Origin: Mobula hypostoma
Lineage: Eukaryota
Length of the DNA: 64,000 nt
Direction: 5' to 3'
NCBI RefSeq assembly: GCF_963921235.1
Contig: NC_086098.1
Span: 9,114,001-9,178,000, forward strand
Within the stretch, counting starts at the first letter, position 1; the number at the start of each line of letters is the position of its first letter. Shown here one piece after another: positions 38,124 through 51,510 of the stretch. The notes under the pieces were generated by a model. It was not told the origin of the DNA and did no database searches. It was given only the letters and a program-made list of their open reading frames with translations. A program made the position numbers and the translations under genes.

Positions 38124-38508
38124 AAGGGCTTTACTCTTTAGGGAGAAGGAGGATGAGAGGAGACATGATAGAGGTATACAAGATATTAAGAGGAATAGGT
38201 AGAGTGGACAGCCTGTGCCTCTTCCCCAGGGCACCACTGCTCAGTAGAAGAGGACATGGCTTTAAGGTAAGGGGTGGGAAGTTCAAGGGGGATATTAGAG
38301 GAAGGTTTTTTACTCGAGAGTGATTGGTGCGTGGAATGCACTGTCTGAGTCAGTGGTGGAGGCAGATACACTAGTGAAATTTAAGAGACCACTAGACAGG
38401 TATATGGAGGAAATTAAGGTTGCGGGGTTATATGGGAGGCAGAGTTTAAGGGTCAGCACAACATTTTGGGCCGAAGGGCCTGTACTGTGCTGTAGTATTC
38501 TATGTTCT
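38124..38508 (+). mobile_element. Young CR1 3' end nested in the near-full-length CR1
   Basis: Near-identical to 9496-9814 and 50803-51510. Confidence 0.9.
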
Positions 38509-39710
38509 GTTTTCTATTTTGACATTGCTTGTTATCTTGCTTTCATATTTCTTCTTTTCCCTCCTAATAATTCTTTAAGTTGCTTTCTGTAGGTTTTTAA
38601 AAGCTTCCCAATCCTCTATCTTCTCGCAAAATTTTGCTTTGTTGTATGCCCTCTCTTTTGCTTTTACATTAGCTTTGACTTCCCTTGCAAGCCACAGTTG
38701 TACTATTTTGCCATTTGAATATTTCTTTGATTTTGGAGTGCATCTATCCTGCACCTTTCTTATTTTTCCCAGAAGCTCAAGCCATTGCTACTCCGCTGTC
38801 ATCACTACAAGCATCTCCTTCTAATTTACTTTGGCCAACTCCTCTCTCATACTACCGTAATTTCCTTTACTCCACTGAAATACTGCTATGACAGACTTTA
38901 CTTTCTCCCTGTCAAATTTCAAGTTGAACTGAATCATATTGTGATTACTGACTCCTAAGGGTTTCTTTACCTTAAGCTCCCTTTTTACCTTTGGTTCACT
39001 GTATAACACGCAATCCAGTATAGCTGATCCCCTAGTATCTCAACGACAAACTGCTTTAAACAGCCATCTCTTAGGCATTCAATAAATTCACTCTCTTGAG
39101 ATCCATTACCAACCTGATTTTCCCAATCGACCTGCATGTTAAAATCCCCTATGACAATCATAACATTACCTTTTTATCCATCTTTTCTATTTCCCGCTGT
39201 AAACTGTAATCCATATCCCTGCTGCTGTTTGGAGGCTGGTATATAACTGCTATCAGAGTCCTTTTACCTTTTGTAAACTCTACCCGCAAGGATTCAACAT
39301 CTTGCCGATCCTATGTCACATCTTTCTATAGATTTGCTGCCATTCTTTACCAGCAGAGCCACGCCACCCCCTCTGGCAACCTTCCTATCCATCGTGTAAT
39401 GTGTAACCTTGGACATTTAGCTCCCTACTACAACTATTCTTCAGCCACGATTCAGTGATGTCCACAACATCATACCAGACAATCTGTAATTGTGCAACAA
39501 GATCATCCACCTTACATTTATACTCCATGCATTAAGAAATAGCACTTTGAGTACTGTATTTGCTACCCTTTTTGACTCTGCATCCCTAATGCACTGATAC
39601 TCACCGGGCTGACTGCAATTATGTCCTATTATCTTCCTGACAGTCTGACTGCATGCTATGATCCATCCTATCGTGAGTCCCTTCACTGTTGTTTCCCACC
39701 CTCCGCCAAA

Positions 39711-40560
39711 TTAGTTTAAACCCTCCCCAATATCTTTAACAGATCTGCCTGTGAGAATATTAGTTCCACTCAGGTTCAGGTGCAACTTGTCACTTTTGAA
39801 CAGATCATACCTCCCACAGAAGAGATCCCAATGATCCAAGAACCTGAAGCCCTGCCCTCTGCACCAGCTTCTCAGCCATGAATTAATCCACCAGATAATC
39901 CTGTTTCTACCCTCACTGGTGTATGGCACAGGTAGCAATCCTGAAATTACTACCCAGGAGGTCCTGCTTCTCAGCTTTCTACCTAGCTCTCTAAATTCTC
40001 TCTTCAGGACCTCTTTGCTTTTCCTTCCTGTGTCATTGGTACCAATACATCTGGCTGCTGTCTCTTCCTCTCCAAATTGTTGTGGACGCAATCTGAGATG
40101 CCCCTGACCCTGGCACCTGGGAGGTAACATACCATTCGGGTGTTCCATTCATGTCCACAGAATCTCCTGTCTGTTCCCCTGACTATTGTGTCCCCTATCA
40201 CTACCAATCCTCTTTTCTCCATCTTTCCCTTCTGCGCCATGGACCTATGCTCAGTGCCACTAAGCCAGTCTCCATGCCATTCCCTTGGGAGGTTGTTCCC
40301 CACAACGTATCCAAAACGATCTGCTTATTATTGAGGGAAATGGCTACAGGGTTGCTCTGTACTAATTGCCTATTCACATTTCCATTTCTCCTGACGGTCA
40401 CCCAGCTGCTTGCCTCCTGCAATTTCGGGGTGACTACTTCCCTGTAACTCTAATCAATTATAATCTCACTCTCCCTTACAAGCTGAAGGTTATCCAGATG
40501 CTGCTGCAGGTCCCTTACAGTCTTCAAGGAGCTACAGCTGGATGTACTTCACGCAGATGT
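39711..40560 (-). pseudogene. CR1 ORF1 with SGNH/GDSL esterase domain
   Basis: LVVIGDTIVRGTDRRFCG…VCYLPGARV, IGTNDTGRK, VVISGLLPVP, INSWLRSWC…FRFLDHW, DKLHLN. Frameshifted. Confidence 0.9.
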
Positions 40561-40996
40561 GCCATCCAGCATGAAGAACATACAACAGCCATTTACTACA
40601 CTAGGTACAGTGAGAGAAAAGACAAAGGAATCTTAACAGAAGCTTACCCAGAGCCAGTGCCTCTTTCAGGGCGAAGCCTCCTTTGAGCCAAAACCTGACA
40701 CGCTTACTCTCACCACTGGCCTACTCCCAAGAATGGCCGTCCCGCTTGTCTCTTCTGTATTTATAAACAAACATCGCTGACCTGCGAGAAACCTCGTCAC
40801 TGTGGTCTGCTACTGCCACTGATTGTGCAGTCAAAATGAGCCTGAACACCTGTGAAACTCCCCTTTTAAACATGCTCTGCTGACCTGTGAGAAACCTTGT
40901 TGCTGTGGCCGGCTCCTGCCGCTGATTGGGCCATCGTTATCCCCTTTGGTTCAAGAGGCTGTGGTTGAGGGGTAATTAACTGTTTCTTAACCCAGC

Positions 40997-41901
40997 GAGA
41001 CAAAAGTTGGGAGTGTTGTGGGTAGTCTGGAGGGTTGTCAGGGGTTATAGTGTGACATCGATAGGATGCGGAACTGGGCTGAGAGGTGGCAGATGGAGTT
41101 CAACCCAGCTAAATGTGAAGTCGTTCACTTCGGTAGGACAAATTTGAAGACAGAATATAATATTAATGGTAAGACTCTTGATAATGTGGAGGATCAGCAA
41201 GATCTTGGGGTCTGTGTCCAGAGGACACTCAAAGCTGCTGCACAGGTTGACAGTGTTGTTCAGAAGGCTTATGGTGTGTTGGCCTTCATCAACCATAGGA
41301 TTGAGTTCAAGGGCTTTGAGGTAATGTTACAGCTTTATGAGACCTTAGTTAGATCCCACTTGGAGTACTATGTTCATTTTTAGTCACCTCACTACTGGAA
41401 GGATGTGGATACTGTAGAGAAAGTGTAGAAAGAGGAGATTTACAAGGCTGTTGCCTGGATTGGAGAGCATGCCTTATTAGAATAGGTTGAGTGAACTTGG
41501 CCTTTTCTCCTTGGAGCGACAGGTTGAGAGGTGACCAAATAGATGTGCATAAGATGATGAGAGGTATTGATTGTGTGGATAGTCTGAGGCTTTTTCCAAG
41601 GGCTGAAATGGCTAACATGAGGAGGCATAGTTTTAAGCTGCTTGGAAGTAGGTATAAGGGGGATGTCAGAGGTAACTTTTTCACACAGAGAATGGTGGGT
41701 GTGTGGCATGCACCGCCAGTGATGGTGATAAAGGTGGATACAATCAGGTCTTTTAACAGACCCTAGGATCTTTTAGATAGGTACTTGGAGCTATGCACGA
41801 GGGAAATTCTGGCTAGTTTTTAGAGTAGCTTACATGGTCGGCACAATATTGTGGGCCAAAAGGCCTGTAATGTGCTGTAGGTTTTCATGTTCTATGTTCT
41901 A
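40997..41901 (+). mobile_element. CR1 LINE 3' fragment
   Basis: MRNWAERWQMEFNPAKCEVVHFGR…LVRSHLEY, RLRGDQIDVHK, tail ttctatgttcta. Confidence 0.92.
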
Positions 41902-44381
41902 TGGTAGTGTGCGTCCTGAGGCTTCTGTACCTTCTTCCTGATGGCAGCAGCAAGAAGAGAGCATGGCCTGGGTGATGGAGTCCCTGATGCTAGATGCTAT
42001 TTTCCTGTGATAGTGCTTTGTGTAGATGTCCTCAATGGTGGGAATGGGCTTTATCTGTGATGGACTAGGCCATATGCACTACCTTTTGTAGGATTTTCCA
42101 TTCAAGGGCATTGGCATTTCCATACTGGTCTGTGATGGAACCAATCAATAAACTCTCCACCACTCATCTATAGAAGTATGTCAAAGTTTTAGATGTCATG
42201 CTGAATGTTCACAAACTGCTATGGAAGTAGAGACACTATTGTGCTGGGCCCAGGTCAGGTCCTCCAAAATAGTAACACCAAGGAATTTAAAGCTGCTGAC
42301 CCTCTCCATCTCTGATCTTCTGATGAGGATTGGCTCATGGACTTATGGTTTTCCCCTCCTGAGGTCAAAAATCAACTCCTTGTACTTGCTGGCATTGATT
42401 AAGAGGTTGTTGTTTTCGCACCACACAGCCAGATTTTCAGACTCCCTCCTATGTGCTGATACGTCACCACCTTTGATTCAGCCAATGACAGTGGTGTTGA
42501 CGCAGACTTGAATATGGCATTGGAGCTGTGCTTAGCCACATATTCATATGTGTAAAGTGAGTAGAGCATGGGGCTAAACACACAAACTTGTGGTGCACCT
42601 GTGCTGATGGAGATTGTGGAGGAGATGTTGCCAATCAAAACTGACTGGTGTCTACAAGTGAAGAAACCGAAGATCCAATTGCACATGGAAGTATTGAAGC
42701 CAAGGTCTTGAAGCTTATTAATTAGTTTTGAGGAGATGGTAGTATTTAATGCTGAGCTGTAGTCGATAAAGAGCATCCTGACATATGCATCTTTGTTGTC
42801 CAGATGTTCCAGGGTTGAGTGAAGAGCCAGTGAGTTGGTATCTGCTGTGGACCTATTATGCTGATAGGCAAATTGGAGCAATCCAAGTTGCTTCTCAGCC
42901 TGAAGTTGTTATGTTTTATCACTAACCTCTCAAAACACTTCATCACTGTGGATGTAAGTGCTACTGGATTTAGTCAATTGAGGCAGGTCACCAAGTTCTT
43001 CTTAGGCACTGCTATAATTGAAGCCTGCTTGAAACAGATGGGTACCTCAGACTGCCGAAGTGAGACGTTAAAGATCTTGGTGAATTCTCCAGCCAGTTAA
43101 TCAGCACAGGTCTTTAGTACCTGGCCAGGTACTCTGTTTGGGTTGGTTGCCTCCTGGGTTCACCCTCCTGAAGGATGTTCACACATAGGCCTCAGATACT
43201 GAAATCACAGGATCATCAAGGGTTGTGGGAATTCTTGATGATCCCTCCATATTTTGATGGTCAAAGCCAGCATAGAAGGCATTGAACTCATTCTGGAAGC
43301 TAAGCCCTGTTGTCACCTACGTCACTTGATTTTACTTTATAAGAGGTGATCACATTCAGCCCTGCCACAACTGTTGTGTATCCTTCATTGACTTAAGTTT
43401 AGTCTAGAATTGCAATTTTGCCCATGAGATAGCTTTTAGGAGATTGTACCTGGTCCTTTTGTAACTTTCTTGACTTGAATGCCTCTGATCTGACCCTTAG
43501 CAGATTGCGGATCTCATGGTTCATCCAGGGTTTCTGTTTGGGGAAGACTCTGAACAACTTTGTGGGGACACACTTGGCTACAACTGTTTTTATAAAGCCT
43601 GGGACAACCACGGTGTATTCATTCAGAACCACAGATATAGTCCTTGAACACAATCCAGTCCACCAATGTGAAGCTATCCTGTAGCCACTCCTCTGCCTCC
43701 CACAACGACCTCTTTGTTGTCCTCATCTCGGGGAAGCCTTGCTGTGTAGCATGTATGCAAGTAGATGAAGGACAGCTAAGTGATCAGATTTCCCAAAATG
43801 TGGTCTGGGCATAGAATGGTAGGCATTGGTTCTGCCTACCTTGACATGAATGGATACAACTTGTGAAGGTTTCTGAGAACCAACGTGACGTCATCTGTCT
43901 ACTGCAAATAAAAGGATCAGATTTACCTAATGGAGTGATGGGGGTAAGAACATAAGTACTAGAGTGAGGAATAAGCTTTTCAGTCTTTTGAACCTGATCC
44001 ATGGGTAAAGAAAAGAATCATGGGTGGTACTCTTGTCTTTTTTTCATCTAATCACCTTGATTCCCTTAACGTACAAGATTCAATTGCTCTTTTGTAAGCA
44101 ATTGAACATACGTCACCCTCAGCTGAAATGAGAGAATCTATAGAATATTTTTCACTTTGGGTTAAGTAATATGTATTCAGCTGAGCCTTGAATGGCTGAT
44201 CTTCTCTGAGATCATGCCCCATGCTTCTTCAGCCCTCAGCAACAGAAAGTTTCTTTTCTGAATCATGTATGTTTAAAAGAAATCATCTCTTACTCTACTG
44301 AACTCGAGCAAACTTGTTCCAGTCTTATCAATGCTTTCTTAAAGGATGACCCTCTCCCATCAAGAAATAAGTCTCATTAAC

Positions 44382-45715
44382 TTATTTATTTATTTATTAA
44401 TTTACAGGATGTGGGCATCGCCAGCTAAGCCACCATTATTTGCCCATCCCCACTTGCCCTTGAGAAGGTGGTGATGAGCTGCCTTCTTGAACCGCTGCAG
44501 TCCGTGAGGTGTAAGTGCACCCACAGTGCTGTTAGGGAGGGAATTCCACGATTTTAACCCAGTGACAATGAAGGAACGGCGATATGTTTTCAAGTGGTGG
44601 AGTGCTCCCAGGTATTTGCTGTTCTCGTCACTCTGGATGGTAGTAGTCATGGGTCTGGAAGGTGCTGCTTTAGGAACTTTAGTGCATCTTGTAGATAATA
44701 CACACTGCTGCAACTGTTCGGCGGTGGTGGAGTTTAATACTGACAAGTGTGAGGTATTGCACGTTGGAAGGACAAACCAACGTAGAACGTACAAGGTTAA
44801 TGGTAAGGCACTGAGGAGTGAAGTGGAACAGAGGGATCTAGGAATACAGATACAAAATTCCCTAAAAGTGTCGTCACAGGTAGATAGGGTGGTAAAGAAA
44901 GCTTTTGGTACATTGGCCTTTATTAATCGAAGTATTGAGTATAAGAGCTGGAATGTTATGATGAGGTTGTATAAGGCAATGGTGAGGCCGAATCTGGAGT
45001 ATTGTGTTCAGTTTTGGTCACCAAATTACAGGAAGGATATAAATAAGGTTGAAAGAGTGCAGAGAAGGTTTACAAGGATGTTGCCGGGACTTGAGAAACT
45101 CAGTTACAGAGAAAGGTTGAATAGGTTAGGACTTTATTCCCTGGAGTGTAGAAGAATGAGGGGAGATTTGATAGAGGTATATAAAATTATGATGGGTATA
45201 GATAGAGTGAATGCAAGCATGCTTTTTCCACTGAGGCAAGGGGAGAAAAAAACCAGAGGACATGGGTTAAGGGTGAGGGGGGAAAAGTTTAAAGGGAACA
45301 TTAGCGGGGGCTTTTTCACACAGAGAGTGGTGGGAGTATGGAATGAGCTGCCAGACGAGGTGGTAAATGCGGGTTCTTTTGTAACATTTAAGAATAAATT
45401 GGACAGATACATGGATGGGAGGTGTATGGAGGGATATGGTCCGTGTGCAGGTCAGTGGGACAAGGCAGAAAATGGTTCGGCACAGCCAAGAAGGGCCAAA
45501 AGGCCTGTTTCTGTGCTGTAGTTTCTATGGTTTCTATGGATTGTGGAAGAGGCTGCCTTGTACTGGATGGTCTCAAGCTTCTTGAGTGTTGATGGAGCTG
45601 CACTCATCCAGATGAGTGGTGAGCCCCGACCTGAGCCTTGTAGGTGGTGGACAGGCTTTGGGGAGTCGGGAGATGAGTTACACGCTGCAGGATTCTGAGC
45701 CTTTCACCTGCTGTG
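44382..45715 (-). mobile_element. CR1/L2-group LINE 3' end with (ttta)n tail, split by a CR1
   Basis: RSFIVTGLKSWNSLPNSTVG…GLQRFKKAAHHHLLKG. Resumes after 45537. Confidence 0.7.
44722..45537 (+). mobile_element. Young CR1 3' fragment with uninterrupted frame
   Basis: ORF 44526-45521 from EFNTDKCEVLHVGR through LVRPNLEYCVQFWSP-like and RMRGDLIEVYK with no stops, tail tttctatggtttctat. Confidence 0.95.
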
Positions 45716-47307
45716 GGTATGGAAATGGACTTCTGCAATGGTTCTCTAACATGTATGCTCTTCTCTTATGCTAAGCATTAGATAACAATGGAAAGTATTG
45801 TTAATTACAGATACTCTATCCAAGCCTGATGTCCTTCATGCAATATCGCATTAGAAGTGTGATGTGTTGTTCCTATTGTTATGTGCTAAATATTTAGCTT
45901 TCTGTAATTTCAGATCACTTTGTGGTTATTTTCTCTTTAGTAATTAGTGTGCTGTATGCTCAGTAGGGTTTAATTCTTGTACTGTATGCCAGATTTCCGT
46001 TGTAGTTAGCTTGTAGTACTCTATGGGCAGTGTTTGGCACTGTGGTCTGTTTCAAGCTCTGTGGTATTCTGGCCAATATAGTGTGGTGTCAGTTATTCGT
46101 ATTTTATGGACTGCATTTGGCACTTGGTGGTCTACATTTGTCATTATGAGCAGTTTATTGCACTTTGTTAGTGCTGCATATAATCACTTTTCAGCACAGG
46201 GAGATCATTTACATCTTTACTAAATTATGGCTTCTGGCAATAATGGAAACTTGTTCAGAGCCAGTAGATAAGTGACAGTTATACATGAGTTATCATATCT
46301 ATGGAGTCAGTAAATTATCCTAACAGTGACGCACTGTCGTGTGTTAAAATTACTCAAGGACATCAGTTATCAAAACCACAATATGCCTTCTTTTTTCCTC
46401 ACATTCATGTGGATTTTCTCAAAATGGTTCCATCTTCTGCTGCACTCCTTGGGTTCCTGAATGGGATCCTTATTCTAAAATGTAATTTTACCAGAATATA
46501 TGCAATGGGTTCTTACTAAATAAGAGATTCAAGGTATTTATTAGGCCTGCTGGAATAAGTATTGGAACAGAATTTAAACCAGGGCAGACACAGTCACATA
46601 ATTGGAGCTTTGGTACTCATTTGATTCTATCTTGCGATAAATATTGTTTGCACATGAGGTAAGAACATGGTTTTCATTATTGCATTACCTGATCTTGATG
46701 AGAACAAACTATTATAGATTGACATACCAATGCTGTCTAACATACATTAAGTTCTTGGGCTTTTATTTGTCCTTATCCAACAGTTTTGTGCAGGAAATGT
46801 GGCTGGATTAGGATGTCCTCATTACTATAACAGTGCAGTAAATCAACAGCTGCAGCAAGTTTCCTGTTTCCCAAAAGTGCACAATGAGTTTAAAGTCTGG
46901 TCAAGAAAGCTGTCTCTTGTGTTCTTTCGATAATGAGAAACTGACATCATTCTAGATTTTAAGTTCTTGAAAGCTATGAATAAGTACCTTGCTTCGTAGG
47001 ATATCCCAAAAAGAATCTTTAGGAAAACAATTTGTGTAAAATTGCTTTTAGTTTGGACTTTATTTTCCTTCTGAGTTGGGGCCAGGGAGTGGGAAATCTG
47101 TGTTCCTGGATTAAATAGTTTCTGCAGCTTTAAGTTATAACCTGCAGAATCTCAACTACAATGTTTTTCATTAATCCTGGTACCTTTTGGGGAAAGTTGT
47201 GCATGCTTGTGAATGTGATGGGCTCTTTAGCTGCTTCCTGCAAACTTAAACAGCATCAATGTAGGCCTGAACTTGTTCCAAAGTTGAGTTGGTAATACCA
47301 TGCACTG

Positions 47308-47725
47308 TTCATCTCCGCCCACTCTGCCCACTTCGTGCCCTCACTTGTGCTACAGCTGGTAGATGCAATGCATGTCCAACAGCCGTCGATCCCAAGTGAT
47401 CATGGGTTTGCACCTCTGGTGGACTGTGTCCTCTCCAGGGTGCAAGCCTGGGCGGGAGGATTTGGAGAACTGGCTGTTGCCCGTGCAGTGGATTCTCCCT
47501 CTCCAAGTCACTGATGTAGTCCAAGGGAAGGGCAGCGCCAATACAGCTTGGCACCAGAGTCGTCGCAGAAGCTGCCAGAGTGAAGTTGTAAACAATCCTT
47601 GGGAACACTCCCGAACCCTTTCCCATTGGTGGGTATGGCCTCGAGGCAGCAGAAGTTTAAAATCAGAGTTTTCCTTCTCCTAGGCGGGCTGCCGTCCAAG
47701 GCTGATAAGCCCCACCTGCCCGACC
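47308..47725 (-). mobile_element. Unclassified non-coding repeat related to 29140-29700
   Basis: GC-richer island with blocks shared with that copy. Confidence 0.45.
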
Positions 47726-47894
47726 AACAGTAGAGCAGGCATGGAAAGAAAGCATCGCAGAAAATTTCTGGGATGTGGTACAACAAATTGTTCACATAAA
47801 GAATAAAATGCCCTGAAAAATTAAAACACTAAGAAGAATTCTCACCAACAGCCATTGGATCAGTGAGGGTGGGGAAGTGTGGTTGCAATCTGGT

Positions 47895-48245
47895 ATTCGT
47901 ACTAGGAAGAGAGCGAGCATGTGGTATGTCAAATGCTGGGTGAACAATGTAGTCTTTGGAGTACTGCAAGTCTGTGTCTTTACTGTTGCTTTGCTCATGC
48001 TTGAGTGCTCGGTGACAGGTGCCAATGCTTTATTTTTGCCGGTGGGGGAAAGGGGGATTGTTGCTCACTGCCACTTACGCACGGGGGGGGGGAGAGCTGG
48101 GGGGGGGACTTTGGGTTTCTAACATTTAACTGTCATTCATTCTTTGGGGCACTCCTCTGTTTTCGTGGATGATTGCGAAGAAGAAGTATTTCAGGATGAA
48201 TATTGCATACATTTCTCTGACATTAAATGTACCTTTGAAACCTTT
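47895..48245 (+). mobile_element. Non-autonomous repeat with Rex-like tail
   Basis: Ends ttcaggatg…tgacattaaatgtacctttgaaaccttt, similar to the Rex1/Babar tails in this window. Confidence 0.45.
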
Positions 48246-50109
48246 GGTCGGGTGTTCCATGGTCACTGCTGGAGGATGATGGAGGATAATGGCGACCTTG
48301 TGAATGTTTCAAGACATCATTAAAGTTTCATTGATTGTGAATCAGAGTGTCTGTTAGAAAATCTGACGGATAGAGTTGGAAGCAGAACAAGAAATGTGGA
48401 TGGGGAAGCTAATTAGCGAGACTGGACAGTTGGTATTTAGAATTAGTGATGTAGTATTTGAGAGCCTGGTAGAGGTCATGGGGCAGAGGCTGGGTTTGGC
48501 CTAGTATTCATTTCTATAGTAGTTTTTGAGAAATGTATTGGCTGATAGAGCATCCTGTGTGTGACGTATGTATGTTTACTGCTCTGCTGCATCGGAGCTC
48601 AGTTATAATATTCTTCTGCAGCAAACCTTCACAGATCACTGTGTACAAGTACTTAATTATGGCAGGCCTTGTACAGCAGAGACCTACTAACATTTCAGAG
48701 TTCTGACAGCTGGAATCCCAGGAGAATCACAGGGAAATTAAGCTGCAAAGTAAGAAGTAGTGAAAAATCAAATTGCTTTTTTAAACTTTCACAATAGAAG
48801 CAGCTGGAGAAGCAATAATTTTTGGCTGGAATACAGGAAAAGTTATCTTTACTGATTCGAGATGATCTCAGTGTCAGGCAGTGTAATTTACTTAAGAATA
48901 GATTTTATGATGAAGGTAGCTTGACATTTTTATTGAGTCACACAAAGAGAATATGAAAGCAACACAGAGTGGATGCAGTTGGAAATACAGCAAACCCTGG
49001 TGAAAAACAAAACAAAAACTGCTGATCAAGTTTAGCTTATTGTCATTAAACCAGACACATAAATACCACCTAATGAGACAACGTTCCTCCAGATCCTCCT
49101 GCCTGATGTTAGGGGGGTCAAAGAGATTGTTGGACGATGGGAGGGATCCTTGACAATGCTATGAGCCCTCCGCATGCAGCGCTGCTGATAAATATCGTGG
49201 ATATCAGATGCTACAAGTCTGAAATACAAACAGAAATTGCTGTAACTACTGAGCAGGCAAGGTAGTTTCCATGGAGGGAGAAATAAAATTAACATTTGAG
49301 AAATAGTTGCAGGAACAGATCATTCAGACTTGGTTCCGATTCCACTATTGAATAAGATCATGTTAGATCCTTTAACTCAGCATTATTTTCCTGCACTAAC
49401 TCCATATTCCTTGATTTCCTTAAAATTAGTCACAGTGCACTTGGTAGAAAATTCTGAAGATTTACTTTTCCTGGATGAAAAAACACTAACTGAATGCCTG
49501 AACTCTTATTGTGATACCTGGTTGTAGACATAGAAAATATTATTTGTGAACTTTTACAAGGCGGCACAGTGGAGCTGCTGCCTCGCAGTAAAAGTTGTTC
49601 TCATGCTTGTTCATAAATTCTCTTGCAATAAATGGCAACTGATCATTTACCTTCCCAATTGCTCACTAAACCTGCATGTCAATATTCCCTGAAAAATATA
49701 CTGGGACACTTCTTTTATAACACAAATACCTTTTAATTGCTCATCCTTTCAAATATATTCTGTTTTGCTGGTTTTTTTTTACCAAAGTGGATAACCTTGT
49801 ATTTTTGTACACCATGTTCCACCTTCATACACTTATCCAATCACTTAGCCTGTGAATATTTTCCTTGAAACCTCCTAAGGTCTTTCAACTCTATATTGTG
49901 AGCAAACATAGATATATTACGCATGTTCTCATCTAGATGGATAGTGAATTCGAGCTGGGGGGCGGCATTGATCCTTGTATTTATTAATTATGTTTTCCCA
50001 AACCAAAAATATGTTTATTCGATAATCAAACATTATTCCATGTTGATATCTTATCTATAATCCTGTGAGCTCTAATTTTATACATTAGGCTCTCGTATGA
50101 CAATTTATC

Positions 50110-50495
50110 AAAGACCTGATAGGCTTGAGATGAGACCGGATAGAAGTTTATAAGATTATGAGAGGCATAGATAGCATAGACGAGCCAGTATCTTTTTTCC
50201 AGGGTCAAAGTCTGTCATTCTAGAGGGGATATATATATACTTACAGGGAGTAAGTTCAAAGGAGATGTGTGAGGCAAGTTTTTTACTCTAAGAATGGTGG
50301 GTGACTGGAATGTGCTGCCAAGGGTGCTTAAAAGGCCTTTAGATAGGCGTGTGGATGGGCAGAGAATGGAGGATATGGACAATGTGTAGGCATAAGGGTA
50401 TAGTTAGGCATTTAATTACTTCTTTAATTTGTTCGTCATAGCAACGGGGGCCGAAGGTCCTGTTCTTGTCCTATACTGTTCTACATTCTATGTTC
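50110..50495 (+). mobile_element. CR1 3' end (older)
   Basis: gatagaagtttataagattatgagaggcatagatag…aagttcaaaggagatgtg, tail ttctatgttct. Confidence 0.85.
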
Positions 50496-50802
50496 TGAAG
50501 GATTCTCCTCATCTATTTTGCTCTTTAAAATCTAAAAATCTCTTTAACACCAGCAACCAGCATGACTTTTTTTCATAGATTTTTGAATCTTTGTGAACCA
50601 TACTTGACTCTGGAATTTTGGAAGATGATAACCAGTGCATCTTCTTTCTCCTTAGCCCCTCCAGGACCTTAGGAAAAAAGACAACAAATGCTGGAGTTCT
50701 ATCATGTTTTGAATCTATTAATTTTTTTCACTAATGCTAATTTCCTTGAACTCCTCATTTGCATCAGAACTGTGGTTCTCCACTATTTCTGAGAGATTTC
50801 AA

Positions 50803-51510
50803 AACATAGAACATAGAATAGTACAGCACAGTACAGGCCCTTCGGCCCACAATGTTGTGCCAACCCTCAAACCCTGCCTCCCATATAAGCCCCCACCTTA
50901 AATTCCTCCATATACCTGTCTAGTAGTCTCTTAAACTTCACTAGTGTATCTGCCTCCACCACTGACTCAGGCAGTGCATTCCACGCACCAACCACTCTCT
51001 GAGTAAAAAACCTTCCTCTAATATCCCCCTTGAACTTCCCACCCCTTACCTTAAAGCCATGTCCTCTTGTATTGAACAGTGGTGCCCTGGGGAAGAGGCA
51101 CTGGCTATCCACTCTATCTATTCCTCTTATTATCTTGTACACCTCTATCATGTCTCCTCTCACCCTCCTTCTCTCCAAAGAGTAAAGCCCTAGCTCCCTT
51201 AATCTCTGATCATAATGCATACTCTCTAAACCAGGCAGCATCCTGATAAATCTCCTCTGTACCCTTTCCAATGCTTCCACATCCTTCCTATTTTGAGGCG
51301 ACCAGAACTGGACACAGTACTCCCAAGTGTGGCCTAACCAGAGTTTTATAGAGCTGCATCATTACATCGCGACTCTTAAACTCTATCCCTCGACTTATGA
51401 AAGCTAACACCCCATAAGCTTTCTTAACTACCCTATCCACCTGTGAGACAACTTCCAGGGATCTGTGGACATGTACCCCCAGATCCCTCTGCTCCTCCAC
51501 CCTACCAAGT
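50803..51510 (-). mobile_element. Young CR1 3' end
   Basis: ORFs 50867-51280 and 51288-51548 (RDLGVHVHRSL…, LGLYSLERRRVRGDMIEVYK), tail aacatagaacatagaa. Confidence 0.95.

Larger units (their letters stand above)
36388..40935 (-). mobile_element. Near-full-length CR1 LINE (5' UTR, ORF1 esterase, APE endonuclease, RT, 3' UTR), decayed
   Basis: ORF1 GDTIVRG/IGTND/LHLN. EN LKVLFLNAWSI and PLGVSNHNMIQF. RT DWKIANVSPLFKKG…NYRPVSLTSVVGK…YLDFQKAFD. 3' end gatcataagacataggagcagaa. Confidence 0.92.
36068..43830 (-). mobile_element. Rex1/Babar LINE split by nested CR1s (pieces 36068-36387, 40936-40996, 41902-43830)
   Basis: The 3' UTR reads through both insertions (gagtgaagtta|gttatcccctttggttcaag; cttaacc|tggtagtgtgcgtcctgagg). 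RT motifs [43 protein letters not shown]. Confidence 0.9.

Noticed and set aside
44526..45521. 331-aa ORF as a host or domesticated gene
   Set aside because: Chance fusion of an antisense LINE fragment with a 5'-truncated CR1 RT C-terminus
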